The translations under genes were made by a program, and so were the position numbers. From positions 105-64,104 of the forward strand of contig CACYQN010000007.1 in NCBI GenBank assembly GCA_902776565.1: a stretch of DNA of 64,000 bases, read 5' to 3'. This DNA comes from an uncultured Bacteroidia bacterium. GTDB taxonomy: Bacteria > Bacteroidota > Bacteroidia > Bacteroidales > ML635J-15. Below the pieces are notes generated by a model. That model had not been told where the DNA came from, searched no databases, and was given only the letters and a program-made list of their open reading frames with translations. This document shows, piece after piece, positions 7,166 to 16,173 of this stretch (the first letter of the stretch is position 1; every line of letters starts with the position of its first letter).

Positions 7166-7888
7166 TTATTGACTAAATACCTCGTTCAGGACTTTCAGCG
7201 ACTTGATTTCCGTAAGGTTCTCGGTGTGAATCTTGTAGTATGCCAGCATCTGCTCTATGATTTCCTTGCGGTACTGGTAGGGAATCCGGAAATTGTTGGT
7301 TTCGTATGATGCAGCAAGGATGACGGAAAAAGCATTGCTTAACTGTAGGTCGAAAGATTCCTCCTCGGAGGTGAAAAACGGCAGGAACATCCCTTCGCGC
7401 GAATTGAAATATGGAGTTTCGCCACAATAGTTGTTGGTCATAGCAAATCCGAGGTGACGGGCGAACTCCTTGAGGAAGATTATGTGAAGGTTGACAATGT
7501 TTTCAGTCGATGTCTCTATTGCAGCAATTGTCTCCTTGAAGAAACTGTATAGCGACAGATTCTGTTCCTCCTCCCTGACCATCTTCATTATCACCTCGGC
7601 AACAAACTGAGAAATGCAAATCTTGCTTATGTCGTTGTCGATGGCTGTGGGACTTTTTACTAGCTCACAATACGATATGCCTTGCACCGAACGGGTGTCC
7701 TTCAGCCGAAGTTCTGTTTGTATGATATTTAGCGGAGCAAAAATATTGACTTTCGTCCCTTGCTTCCGCGAAGAGGTGCGAACAAGCACCGAAATCTTTC
7801 CAATGGCTTCGGTATAAAGGTTCACGACAAACGAATTGTCGGTGTATTTTATGCGGTTGAGAACTATGGCTTCGGACTTGAGGAGCAT
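7166..7888 (-). CDS. recO: DNA repair protein RecO
   Basis: A 240-aa ORF. The N-terminal OB-fold-like MLLKSEAIVLNRIKYTDNSFVVNLYTEAIGKISVLVR and the length are typical of RecO. Confidence 0.75.
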   Translation of the reverse strand: MLLKSEAIVLNRIKYTDNSFVVNLYTEAIGKISVLVRTSSRKQGTKVNIFAPLNIIQTELRLKDTRSVQGISYCELVKSPTAIDNDISKICISQFVAEVIMKMVREEEQNLSLYSFFKETIAAIETSTENIVNLHIIFLKEFARHLGFAMTNNYCGETPYFNSREGMFLPFFTSEEESFDLQLSNAFSVILAASYETNNFRIPYQYRKEIIEQMLAYYKIHTENLTEIKSLKVLNEVFSQ

Positions 7889-7969
7889 TGGGAAGTTTAA
7901 GGTTTAAGGATTTGAAGCGGCACAATAAATTGCATCGCCCCAAATCACTACCTATCAATTATTTATCAT

Positions 7970-8962
7970 CTAAAACAATTTCTTGAATCCCATTATCTCG
8001 CGCATTTCGCGGACTGTCTTGATGGCATTTTCGCGGGCCTTTTCTGCGCCACGCATTACGGTACGTTTCAGGAACTCGTTGTCGGAATCTATTTCCTTGA
8101 TACGTTCGCTAATCGGCTTAATTATAGCGACAATGTCCTCGGCAAGCTGCTTCTTCATGTCGCCATAGCGGATTTCGCAGGTGTTGTACTTTTCGGTAAA
8201 GTATGCCACAGTGTCGGGCGTAGAAACAACCTTCATTATAGTGAAAAGGTTCTGAATTGGTTCAGGCATAGGTGAATTCGGTTCGGTTGGACCACTATCG
8301 GTAACAGCTCGCATCACCTTCTTGCGGATAACCTTCTCATCGTCGGCAAGGAAAATACCGTTGCCTTCCGACTTACCCATCTTTCCAGAGCCATCGAGTC
8401 CGGGAATCTTAATAAGCTCGCCACCAAAATTGTAAGCCTGCGGTTCCTTGAAGTATTCCACATTGAACATTGTATTGAAACGGCGTGCGAACTTGCGCGT
8501 CATCTCCAAATGCTGCTCCTGGTCCTTGCCTACGGGAACCTTGTCGGCATGATGCATAAGTATGTCGGCGGCCATCAGCACGGGATATGTAAGCAGACCT
8601 GCATTAACATTTTCGGGCTGTTTGCGAGCCTTTTCCTTGAACGAGGAAGTACGGCAGAGTTCACCCAAGTAAGCGTTCATATTGAGCAAAAGGTACATCT
8701 CGCAAATCTCTGGCACATCGCTCTGAATGTAAACCGTCGATTTTTCGGGGTCGATTCCGCTTGCAAGGTATTCGACCAGCACCTGACGCACATTGCGATG
8801 CAATTCTTCGGTTGCCGGATGTGTCGTAAGTGCATGATAGTCGGCTATAAAAAAGTAGCAGTTGTTGCCTTCCTGCATTCTTACAAAGTTCCTTACTGCC
8901 CCCAGATAGTTGCCCAAATGGAGATTTCCCGTTGATCTGATTCCACTTAATACTGTATCCAT
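7970..8962 (-). CDS. trpS: Tryptophan--tRNA ligase
   Basis: A 330-aa ORF. It carries a class I HIGH-type motif (TGNLHLGNYLG) and a KMSKS-type motif (KMGKSEGN). Confidence 0.9.
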   Translation of the reverse strand: MDTVLSGIRSTGNLHLGNYLGAVRNFVRMQEGNNCYFFIADYHALTTHPATEELHRNVRQVLVEYLASGIDPEKSTVYIQSDVPEICEMYLLLNMNAYLGELCRTSSFKEKARKQPENVNAGLLTYPVLMAADILMHHADKVPVGKDQEQHLEMTRKFARRFNTMFNVEYFKEPQAYNFGGELIKIPGLDGSGKMGKSEGNGIFLADDEKVIRKKVMRAVTDSGPTEPNSPMPEPIQNLFTIMKVVSTPDTVAYFTEKYNTCEIRYGDMKKQLAEDIVAIIKPISERIKEIDSDNEFLKRTVMRGAEKARENAIKTVREMREIMGFKKLF

Positions 8963-9017
8963 AGTTGTAATTTAGTTATTGTTATGATAAAGACTGATAA
9001 TCTCGCCTATCCTTAAC

Positions 9018-9183
9018 GTCATTCCACAAAGCAGAACGAACAGGCGCAGGAACGAGCCTTGTGAGTTCGCTTATGCGGAATCTCCCATTAGTACACAAGG
9101 GAGATTTCGGATAGTCGTCTTCACACAGCTCCACGTTCCGTATCGCTGGTTCAGTCAGACTTCCGAAATGACTGCCTCTTTTA
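9018..9183. repeat. Structured intergenic element E, copy 1 (function unknown; either an RNA or a DNA element)
   Basis: It shares about 85 percent identical core blocks with 31592-31785. Shared blocks are GTCATTCC ... CAGAACGAACAGGCG.AGG.ACGAGCCTTGTGAGTTCG ... GCGGAATCTCCC-loop-GGGAGATTTCGGATAG ... GTATCGCTGGTTCA ... CTTCCGAAATGAC. The terminal blocks can pair with each other. An internal 10-bp hairpin lies at 9077-9108. Confidence 0.75.
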
Positions 9184-9215
9184 GCATATAAATCAGTCAT
9201 AAATAATATCGTTTT

Positions 9216-10895
9216 CTATTTCTTTGGCGAAAGTATCTCGTTGTACCTCTTTTCGTCCTTCAAGATTTTAATCGCCTCCTTTACTTCCTCGTCGTAGTTG
9301 ATGCTGAACATTATGCTGCCTTTCTCGTAGAAGTAACGTGGCATTATATAGCTTACAATCCATCTTGTAACCTCATCGCGGTAACGCTCCAAATCCCTGT
9401 CCTTGTCCTGTTTCAGCTTCGAGAGCAATGTTTCGATGTCCTTCGAGATATTGTCGTAGTACTTTTCGGTCTTGGCGACCTCAATCAAATCCTCGACGCT
9501 TTCTTCCGAAAACGACTTGTACTCAAACTTTTCGCGCACGAGGAAATCCTTGAAATCCTTGTAGTCGGCATCGGAGAAAACGAATCTTGCAGGGTCGTCG
9601 CCAATGGACTCGTGCTTGCTACGATACCACACCGAATACTTGAAAAACATATCCTTGAGCATCAGCTGGGTTAACAAGGTATTGGATATACTGTCGTCAA
9701 CCACAACGTCGGGAGTAATACCACCGCCATCGTAAACTTCGCGTTTGTTCTTGGTGTAGAACTTCGAGATTAGCGAATCGGGAACGTGACCAACGCTACC
9801 GTCCTCGTTGCGGTGCGAATAGTCGAGAGCCTGAATGCATCGTCCGCTCGGAGTGTAGTATTTTGCAGTAGTAACCTTAAGCATCCCGTTGTAGCTGAGG
9901 TTGCGTGTTGTCTGCACAAGTCCCTTGCCGAAAGTACGGTAACCTACAACCACTCCCCTGTCCAAATCCTGAATGCTTCCCGACACAATTTCGGATGCCG
10001 AAGCCGACATTTCGTTGACAAGTACGACAATCTTTATATCCTTGTCAACCGGCTTTGCCGTTGTCTTGTACGACTTGTCCCATTCCGAAACCTTGCCCTT
10101 GGTGCTAACAATTTCCTGTCCTGCATCAATGAAAAGATTGCAAATCTTTACAGCCTCGATGAGCAATCCGCCCGGATTTGAACGCAAGTCCAACACCAAC
10201 GACTTGATGTTGTTGGTCTTCTTCATGCTTTCGAGAGCATCCTGCACTTCCTTGGCGGCAGTATTGGTAAAACTGTTGAGAGCAATATAGCCAATTCCAT
10301 CGTCGATAATGCCATAGTAGGGCACCGACGGCAACTTTATTTCTTCGCGAGTGACCTGGATTTCAATAGGCTGGTCGGTAAACATACGTTGCAACTTGAG
10401 TTTTACCTTGGTGTTGGGTTCGCCACGCAGAAGTTCCGACACGCCATCTGACGGCTTGCCTTTCATAGAATGACCGTCAACTTCAAGAATCTTGTCGCCG
10501 GCGATAATCCCAGCCTTTGCGGCAGGCGAATTCTCGTACGGGTCGGTAATCATCACATAGTCGCCATCCTGACGGATTAGCGCACCAATTCCACCATACT
10601 GACCTGTGGTGATGAGCTTTATGTCCTCAATCTGGTTTTCGGGGATGTAAACAGTGTATGGGTCAAGACCTTCGAGCATCTTGTCGATGGCGGTCTTGAT
10701 GGTCTTTTCGGGGTCAATCTCGTCAACGTAATAAAGGTAAAGTTCCCTGTACAGCGAGTGGAAAATGTCGAGATTCTTGACACTCTCGAAATTGTAGTCG
10801 GGCTTGTCCTTTTCCTGTGCCCACAGCGAGGCAGACAACGGCAACAGCAACATCGCCACAGCCAAAGCCCTGATTATATTTCTAAATCTTCTCAT
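9216..10895 (-). CDS. S41 family C-terminal processing (tail-specific) peptidase with a PDZ domain
   Basis: A 559-aa ORF with a signal peptide. It has a PDZ-like segment (GIIAGDKILEVDGHSM) and the S41 catalytic region (VVLVNEMSASASEIVSGSIQD). Confidence 0.85.
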   Translation of the reverse strand: MRRFRNIIRALAVAMLLLPLSASLWAQEKDKPDYNFESVKNLDIFHSLYRELYLYYVDEIDPEKTIKTAIDKMLEGLDPYTVYIPENQIEDIKLITTGQYGGIGALIRQDGDYVMITDPYENSPAAKAGIIAGDKILEVDGHSMKGKPSDGVSELLRGEPNTKVKLKLQRMFTDQPIEIQVTREEIKLPSVPYYGIIDDGIGYIALNSFTNTAAKEVQDALESMKKTNNIKSLVLDLRSNPGGLLIEAVKICNLFIDAGQEIVSTKGKVSEWDKSYKTTAKPVDKDIKIVVLVNEMSASASEIVSGSIQDLDRGVVVGYRTFGKGLVQTTRNLSYNGMLKVTTAKYYTPSGRCIQALDYSHRNEDGSVGHVPDSLISKFYTKNKREVYDGGGITPDVVVDDSISNTLLTQLMLKDMFFKYSVWYRSKHESIGDDPARFVFSDADYKDFKDFLVREKFEYKSFSEESVEDLIEVAKTEKYYDNISKDIETLLSKLKQDKDRDLERYRDEVTRWIVSYIMPRYFYEKGSIMFSINYDEEVKEAIKILKDEKRYNEILSPKK

Positions 10896-11334
10896 AAACT
10901 TCAGAATAAATTTTCGTCAAAGATAGAACAATTATTCGTTCCACGTCGGAATAATCTTGAATATTATTCGACTGGAAGACAAACGCGATGTCAACACAAA
11001 TATTGTTCTCGGCACAAGCTTTCCGCAACTGCGACAGATTTTTCCTTATAGCCTCGCGCATACGACGTTTCATCAGGTTGCGGTCAACGGCGTGACGAAG
11101 GTATTTCTTTGGCGCAGAGACAAAAATACGCACCAAACCTTGAGCAGATTCGGTGCGATGTTTTATATAGGTATATCTTATGTAGTCAATGTTTGCCTTC
11201 CTGCCCTTGCGGAAAAGGTTCTCAATGTCGTCCTTGTGCTTTAGCATCGAACTTCTCTTTAGTGTCTGGCGAGAAAAATCGTTGCAGATTTCCTCGTTGA
11301 CGGCGACTGGAGAAGTATCGGTATCGACAGGCAT
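10882..11334 (-). CDS. rnpA: Ribonuclease P protein component
   Basis: A 150-aa basic ORF. The segment LKHKDDIENLFRKGRK...VSAPKKYLRHAVDRNLMKRRMREA is RnpA-like. The gene overlaps the peptidase start by 14 nt. Confidence 0.7.
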   Translation of the reverse strand: MPVDTDTSPVAVNEEICNDFSRQTLKRSSMLKHKDDIENLFRKGRKANIDYIRYTYIKHRTESAQGLVRIFVSAPKKYLRHAVDRNLMKRRMREAIRKNLSQLRKACAENNICVDIAFVFQSNNIQDYSDVERIIVLSLTKIYSEVYEKI

Positions 11335-11342
11335 TTCGGCAA

Positions 11343-12095
11343 TTATTTTCCGTTGTTTGCCTTGATGAACTTTTCGAGAGCTGCCGGCATAGAAGGATTG
11401 TCGGGCGTCGGAGCCTTGATGTCGAGGCGGTAGCCAAGCTTTTCAACGGTTTCGGCAGTAGTAGGACCGAAAGCTCCGATGAAAACATTTTCCTCATCCT
11501 GATTGAAGTTGGGGAAATTCTGCTTGAGCGACATTACACCTGCCGGGCTGAAGAACAGCACGACATCGTGTCCGAGGTTTTCCATATCGGACATGTTGGA
11601 ACTTACCGTCCGATAAAGCACTGCAATGTCGTATGCAATCTTGGCTTCGTCAAGCTTTTCTGGAATGTCCTGCTTGTGGACATCGCTCAGCGGAACAAGG
11701 TACTTGTCCTCAGGGAACTTCTTTATCTGCTCCATAAGGTTTGCCAAGGTTCCGTTACCATAGAATATCTTGCGCTTGCGGTAAGTAACATACTTTTGCA
11801 GATAGAATGCGATGGACTCCGATATGCAGAAATACTTGCGGTTGTCGTTTGTTGGCACTCTCAGCTCTTCGCACATCCTGAAATAGTGGTCAACACCGTG
11901 ACGACTGTTGAAAATAACCGACATATAGTCTGCAAGGTTTATCTTCTGCGTGCGAAATTCCTTAGCAGGAACACCCTCGACCTTCACGAAAGGGCGGAAA
12001 TCAATCTTAACATTGAACTTTTTTGCAATATCGTAGTAGGGAGATTTATCCGATTCAGGCTTCGGCTGCGATACGAGTACGCTCTTAATTTTCAT
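11343..12095 (-). CDS. hemD: Uroporphyrinogen-III synthase
   Basis: A 250-aa ORF. The N-terminus MKIKSVLVSQPKPESDKSPYYDIAKKFNVKIDFRPF is the typical Bacteroidota HemD form, from memory. Confidence 0.75.
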   Translation of the reverse strand: MKIKSVLVSQPKPESDKSPYYDIAKKFNVKIDFRPFVKVEGVPAKEFRTQKINLADYMSVIFNSRHGVDHYFRMCEELRVPTNDNRKYFCISESIAFYLQKYVTYRKRKIFYGNGTLANLMEQIKKFPEDKYLVPLSDVHKQDIPEKLDEAKIAYDIAVLYRTVSSNMSDMENLGHDVVLFFSPAGVMSLKQNFPNFNQDEENVFIGAFGPTTAETVEKLGYRLDIKAPTPDNPSMPAALEKFIKANNGK

Positions 12096-12140
12096 CGTAA
12101 TTTCCTATAAATTAATTCTTTATAATTCACAAAATCAAAG

Positions 12141-12821
12141 TTAGAACGCCAACTTGATAATCACAAGTATTGGTAAAACTTCGAGGGCGCAAAAATACAA
12201 AATTGAGTGATGATTTAAAAATTTATTTTTCACAAGATGGAAAAAAAATGTCACATATTGAAATCCGACAAGCAAAACCACCGCGGCAAAGGCTATCCAG
12301 ATTAATATTTTTGCAGTAACAGCCGAAACAAACGGACAAAAGACAAAAAGCGGAACGAATACGAACGACAGTATCCTTTCTGTGTCGAGGATGAGAGTGT
12401 TGTAGTTCGCTGCATATTTATCAATTCTGAACAAAAAACCGAAAAACAGGTTTGTAAGTCCCCGTCCGAAATTGAAGGCGGAAAAAACAAGCAGAATCTT
12501 AAGCATTGTCTTCCACTCGCTTCCATACTCAAGACCTATAGTTGTAAGTCCCGAATAGCATACTGCGGCAAAGAGCATCGTGGATATTGAGAGGAGCGAA
12601 ATTATTGTGGTAAGAGCCTCTATTGAGGAAACATCTGTCGGCTTTGCAATCTCCCTGCCCGAAAAGTTTTCGACAAACATCCTGTATGCTACCATCCTGT
12701 AGAAGTCGGGATATATCATACGGATAACTATATACAATACGGCGATAACAACAGCCATCACCAGAATAATTAAGGCATTCCAGTCCTTTACCCTGTCGAT
12801 AATGGGCATCAGCTCGTACAT
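12141..12821 (-). CDS. Polytopic membrane protein, DUF4271-like
   Basis: A 226-aa ORF with about 6 hydrophobic segments. Its position directly upstream of hemD matches the conserved DUF4271-hemD neighbourhood in Bacteroidota, from memory. Confidence 0.6.
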   Translation of the reverse strand: MYELMPIIDRVKDWNALIILVMAVVIAVLYIVIRMIYPDFYRMVAYRMFVENFSGREIAKPTDVSSIEALTTIISLLSISTMLFAAVCYSGLTTIGLEYGSEWKTMLKILLVFSAFNFGRGLTNLFFGFLFRIDKYAANYNTLILDTERILSFVFVPLFVFCPFVSAVTAKILIWIAFAAVVLLVGFQYVTFFFHLVKNKFLNHHSILYFCALEVLPILVIIKLAF

Positions 12822-12827
12822 TGCCGG

Positions 12828-13712
12828 CTACTTTTCGATAATGAAGGAACTTTCGCCAATCTTGTTGCCGTCCATATAGAGGCTTACTTCGTACTTGCCT
12901 ACGCCAAGCGGCTCGGTTACCTTATGATATATGGAAACATCAAGAGACTGATTGTCGTATGTTATGATTCGGGAGTCGGTGTATGCAAGCTGCGAATCGC
13001 CGGCGGTGAACGTCGAGCCAGACGAAATAAGGTAGCCATCGGGACGCTTGATGCGCAGATAGACGGTCTTCTGTCCGCTCGAAGCCAACTTGTTTGCCGA
13101 AAGCGTGAAGTTTATTTTCAGCTTTTCAATCTTGCCCGACTTGTTGGTCTCCCTGTCGCGACCATTGAGGAAAACTACGCTTATATGCGATGCGTTTACT
13201 ATGCTGGCATCCTCGATTGTTGTGAGCAGTTCGGTATTACGGTCAACAAGCTCGTCGTTTTCGCTCTTGTAACGGTCGTTTTCGGTTTTTACCATTTCGT
13301 TTTCAGCCACAAGCTGCTGGTTCAGAGTGTTGAGGCTATCAATCTGATACACATAATGTTTCATTATGCTTCGCAGTGTACCGAGTTCCTCCTCATACTT
13401 TTTCTTCATTCCAGCCGCCCAGTTCTTGGTCTTGTCAAGTTCCTCGATAAGCATCACGATTTCCTGCTTGCGACCGTTGATTTCGGCGTTAAGGCTGTCG
13501 TTGGTAGTTTCAAGTCCGTTATACTGGTCCAAAAGATTGGAAAACTCGGCCTTGATTTTGTCGCGCTCGTTGGTGGTTTCGGTGTTTACCACGACAATCT
13601 GGTCCTTCTCCTTCGAAGTCTTGTACAAAAGGTAGCCAAGCACAATTACAGCAACAAGCATTACCGACACCAAGCCGATAAGCACTTTGGTTGTTATGTC
13701 ATTCTTTTCCAT
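12828..13712 (-). CDS. Membrane-anchored coiled-coil protein of unknown function
   Basis: The track start at 13721 is a TTG, so I prefer ATG 13712 (MEKNDITTKVLIGLVSVMLVAVIVLGYLLY is the TM anchor). A long heptad-rich region and a beta-rich C-terminal domain follow. Confidence 0.6.
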   Translation of the reverse strand: MEKNDITTKVLIGLVSVMLVAVIVLGYLLYKTSKEKDQIVVVNTETTNERDKIKAEFSNLLDQYNGLETTNDSLNAEINGRKQEIVMLIEELDKTKNWAAGMKKKYEEELGTLRSIMKHYVYQIDSLNTLNQQLVAENEMVKTENDRYKSENDELVDRNTELLTTIEDASIVNASHISVVFLNGRDRETNKSGKIEKLKINFTLSANKLASSGQKTVYLRIKRPDGYLISSGSTFTAGDSQLAYTDSRIITYDNQSLDVSIYHKVTEPLGVGKYEVSLYMDGNKIGESSFIIEK

Positions 13713-13826
13713 TGTTGACAAATTTTAGCGGACAAAAATATAAATAATTTCAAAACCGTCATTTATGTTTTGCAGCGACATATTGACAGTTAAAAGTTGA
13801 TAGAAAGGCTAAAAGGCTAACAAATC

Positions 13827-13887
13827 CTGCCCCCCTAGAAAACGTTAAGGTCCTTAAGAACCTTAACGACCTTAACGTTGGGGGCAG
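13827..13887 (-). terminator. Long interrupted hairpin, a candidate intrinsic terminator downstream of the 13909-14391 gene
   Basis: CTGCCCCC (13827-13834) plus AACGTTAAGG (13841-13850) pair with CCTTAACGTT (13870-13879) plus GGGGGCAG (13880-13887). The loop carries 9-nt stutter repeats (AAGGTCCTT AAGAACCTT AACGACCTT). Confidence 0.45.
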
Positions 13888-13908
13888 AGATAGTTGCCTG
13901 ATAGCCAT

Positions 13909-14391
13909 TTACCACGCATAGAATACTGCATACCACACCGCGACAAATTCCTCTATCGTCAGGTAGCCCTTTATGGTAAATATTATGTCGCTGCTATACA
14001 CAGACGTACCGCTATAAAGCTTGCCGTCGCGCACCGTTGCAATTATGTCACTGGTGTAAACCGATGTGCCCTTGTAAATCTTTCCGTCGCGGATGGTCAT
14101 AACTATGTCGCTGGTGTAAACCGAGTTGCCCGAATATACCTTGCCATCCCTTATCGTGAAAATGACATCGCTGGAATACACAGAATTGGCCTTGTAAATC
14201 TTTCCGTAACGAATGTTGCAGACCACATCACTGCTGTAAACCGAATTTTTCCTATAAACCTTGCCATTGCTTACATTACAGATTACATCACTGCTGTAAA
14301 CACTTGTTCCCTTATAAATCTTCACAGGGTCGATGGCAGACATCGATACCGAAATCAGAACTGCTACAAATATGGAGAATATTGCTTTCAT
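13909..14391 (-). CDS. Secreted protein built from 7 tandem ~20-aa repeats, function unknown
   Basis: A 160-aa ORF with a signal peptide (MKAIFSIFVAVLISVSMSA). The repeat unit is G-K-[IVL]-Y-x-[GKA]-x-S-V-Y-[ST]-S-D-[IV]-[IV]-x-[TN]-[IV]-[RS]-[DNY], seven times, followed by a hydrophobic aromatic tail. Confidence 0.7.
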   Translation of the reverse strand: MKAIFSIFVAVLISVSMSAIDPVKIYKGTSVYSSDVICNVSNGKVYRKNSVYSSDVVCNIRYGKIYKANSVYSSDVIFTIRDGKVYSGNSVYTSDIVMTIRDGKIYKGTSVYTSDIIATVRDGKLYSGTSVYSSDIIFTIKGYLTIEEFVAVWYAVFYAW

Positions 14392-14442
14392 AAACTATTG
14401 TCTTTGTGTGACAAAGATACAAAAACATTGCCAAACATGCTA

Positions 14443-15633
14443 TTATATCTCGTTCAAAGTCTTTATTATCAACTCTGACGCTTCGTCAATCTCCTCGTCG
14501 GTAATTACCAATGGCGGAGCAATGCGGAATGCTGTGTCGTGGAAAATGAACCAGTCGGAAATTAGTCCGTTTGCTATTGCACGCTTGATGAATATCAGCA
14601 CATTGTCGAAAGAGCCAATTTCAACCGCCAGAAGCAAGCCCTTGCCCCTAATTTCGCTTATCATCGGATGCGACTTCAAGTTTGAAATAAATCTGTCGGC
14701 TTTGGCTTGAATAGTGTCAACAATGCCAGATTCGTTTATGATTTTCACACCAGCGAGTGCAGCTGCTGCCGAAACCGGATGTCCGCCAAAAGTAGTTATG
14801 TGCCCCAGCACAGGGTCAGTCATAAACGCCGACATAATCTTTCGCGACGACACAAATGCTCCTATCGGCATTCCTGCGCCAAGAGCCTTCGCAAAGCAAA
14901 TAATATCCGGCTCAATACCAAAGTGCATAAAACCGAACATCTTGCCAGTCCTGGCAAAACCAGTCTGGATTTCGTCAAGAATAAGCAAAGCGCCTTTCTC
15001 GGTACACACAGAACGTAACTGCTGCATATATTCAACCGTAGGCACCATCACACCGCCCTCGGCCTGAATGGACTCGAGAACCACGCAGGCTGTATCCTCG
15101 TCAATTTGCGAAAGTTGGTCGAAGTTGTTGAGTTCCAAGTGATACACATCAGGAAGCAAGGGACGGAACGAACGCTTGAAATCCTCGTTTCCACAAAGGC
15201 TCAAAGCTCCTTGCGTACTTCCGTGATAGGCATTCACAAACGAAAACATCTTGTGCCTGCGAGTATAACGCTTTGCAAGCTTGGTCGCTCCCTCGATAGC
15301 TTCGCTACCGCTATTTACGAAATAAACATTGTCAAATTTCTCTGGCAGCATACCACACAGATACTCAGCAAGTTCCACCTGCGGAGACTGCACAAACTCA
15401 CCATAGACCATCAGGTGCATATATTTCTCCACTTGTTCCTGCACAGCCTTGATAACCTGCTCGTTGCAATGTCCGAGCGAACTTACCGAAACGCCCGAAA
15501 TCAAATCGAAATATTTCTTTCCGTCGGGACCATACATATACACGCCCTTTGCCTTCTCAACTTCCACAAGGTAAGGACTTTCGGATGTCTGTCCTATGTA
15601 ATTCAGGAAAAGTTCCCTATGCGAGATGTTCAT
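14443..15633 (-). CDS. Class III PLP-dependent aminotransferase (acetylornithine/ornithine aminotransferase-like)
   Basis: A 396-aa ORF with the motifs GSEAIEGATKLA, LILDEIQTGFARTGKMF and TFGGHP. Confidence 0.85.
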   Translation of the reverse strand: MNISHRELFLNYIGQTSESPYLVEVEKAKGVYMYGPDGKKYFDLISGVSVSSLGHCNEQVIKAVQEQVEKYMHLMVYGEFVQSPQVELAEYLCGMLPEKFDNVYFVNSGSEAIEGATKLAKRYTRRHKMFSFVNAYHGSTQGALSLCGNEDFKRSFRPLLPDVYHLELNNFDQLSQIDEDTACVVLESIQAEGGVMVPTVEYMQQLRSVCTEKGALLILDEIQTGFARTGKMFGFMHFGIEPDIICFAKALGAGMPIGAFVSSRKIMSAFMTDPVLGHITTFGGHPVSAAAALAGVKIINESGIVDTIQAKADRFISNLKSHPMISEIRGKGLLLAVEIGSFDNVLIFIKRAIANGLISDWFIFHDTAFRIAPPLVITDEEIDEASELIIKTLNEI

Positions 15634-16003
15634 CGTTCAAATGTTTTTGCAGGATATGCTTTTCTACCGCCTTGTTGGCTGCCGTGAGAAACCTCTCATA
15701 CGAAATAGGTTTCAGCAGATAGTCGGTGATGTCGTAGTTGTATGATTCGAGAGCGTATTTTCTGCTGACAGAAATGACAATTATCTGTATATCCTTTTGA
15801 TACTTGTCAAGGAAATCGAAACCGCTCATCTGAGGCATCTCAATGTCGAGGAATATGAGAGAAACATTGTTTTCCTCAATGCAAGTCTCAATACCTACAG
15901 GATTGGCAAAAGTACCGCAACAAGTAAGGAAGCCTGTCTTTTCGATAAAAGCAGCCATCTGAGTTCTTACAACCTCGCTGTCGTCAACAACTATACAATT
16001 CAT
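15617..16003 (-). CDS. Stand-alone response-regulator receiver domain protein
   Basis: The track start at 16009 is a TTG, so I prefer ATG 16003 (MNCIVVDDSEVVRT...). The phospho-acceptor context LIFLDIEMPQMSGFDFL is present. There is no output domain. The 3' end overlaps the aminotransferase start by 17 nt. Confidence 0.75.
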   Translation of the reverse strand: MNCIVVDDSEVVRTQMAAFIEKTGFLTCCGTFANPVGIETCIEENNVSLIFLDIEMPQMSGFDFLDKYQKDIQIIVISVSRKYALESYNYDITDYLLKPISYERFLTAANKAVEKHILQKHLNDEHLA

Positions 16004-16173
16004 ATCCAAGTTACAATGATAAAATCGAGTACAAAGTTACGAAATATTTTGGATGAAGAAATATGTTTGTAATTGTTTAGTAAGATTATTTTGGGGGACT
16101 CAAAGGCTCAAGGCTCTATGACCATTGGCTGTTAGACTTTTCTTCTGTTAGCTTTTTAGCCCAAAAAAGAAAA

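Noticed and set aside
8982-9200. A 72-aa ORF (MTDLYAKRGSHFGSLTEPAI...) between the S41 peptidase gene and trpS
   Set aside because: It coincides with repeat element E copy 1. Its only homolog in the window is the ORF across copy 2. In the best-conserved 16 codons, 4 of 5 substitutions are non-synonymous. The hairpin-loop inversion changes the peptide (PLCTNG against PISTQG). This behaviour fits a nucleic-acid element, not a protein.
8963-9215. A trpS leader as a T-box, riboswitch or Trp attenuator
   Set aside because: I could not see a specifier or T-box sequence, a Trp-codon-rich leader peptide or a terminator/antiterminator alternative. The same element precedes an unrelated adhesin gene.
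12924-14478. Plus-strand ORFs of 264 aa (12924-13718) and 194 aa (13894-14478)
   Set aside because: They are antisense to the coiled-coil gene and to the 20-aa-repeat gene. The second merely mirrors the 60-nt DNA periodicity.
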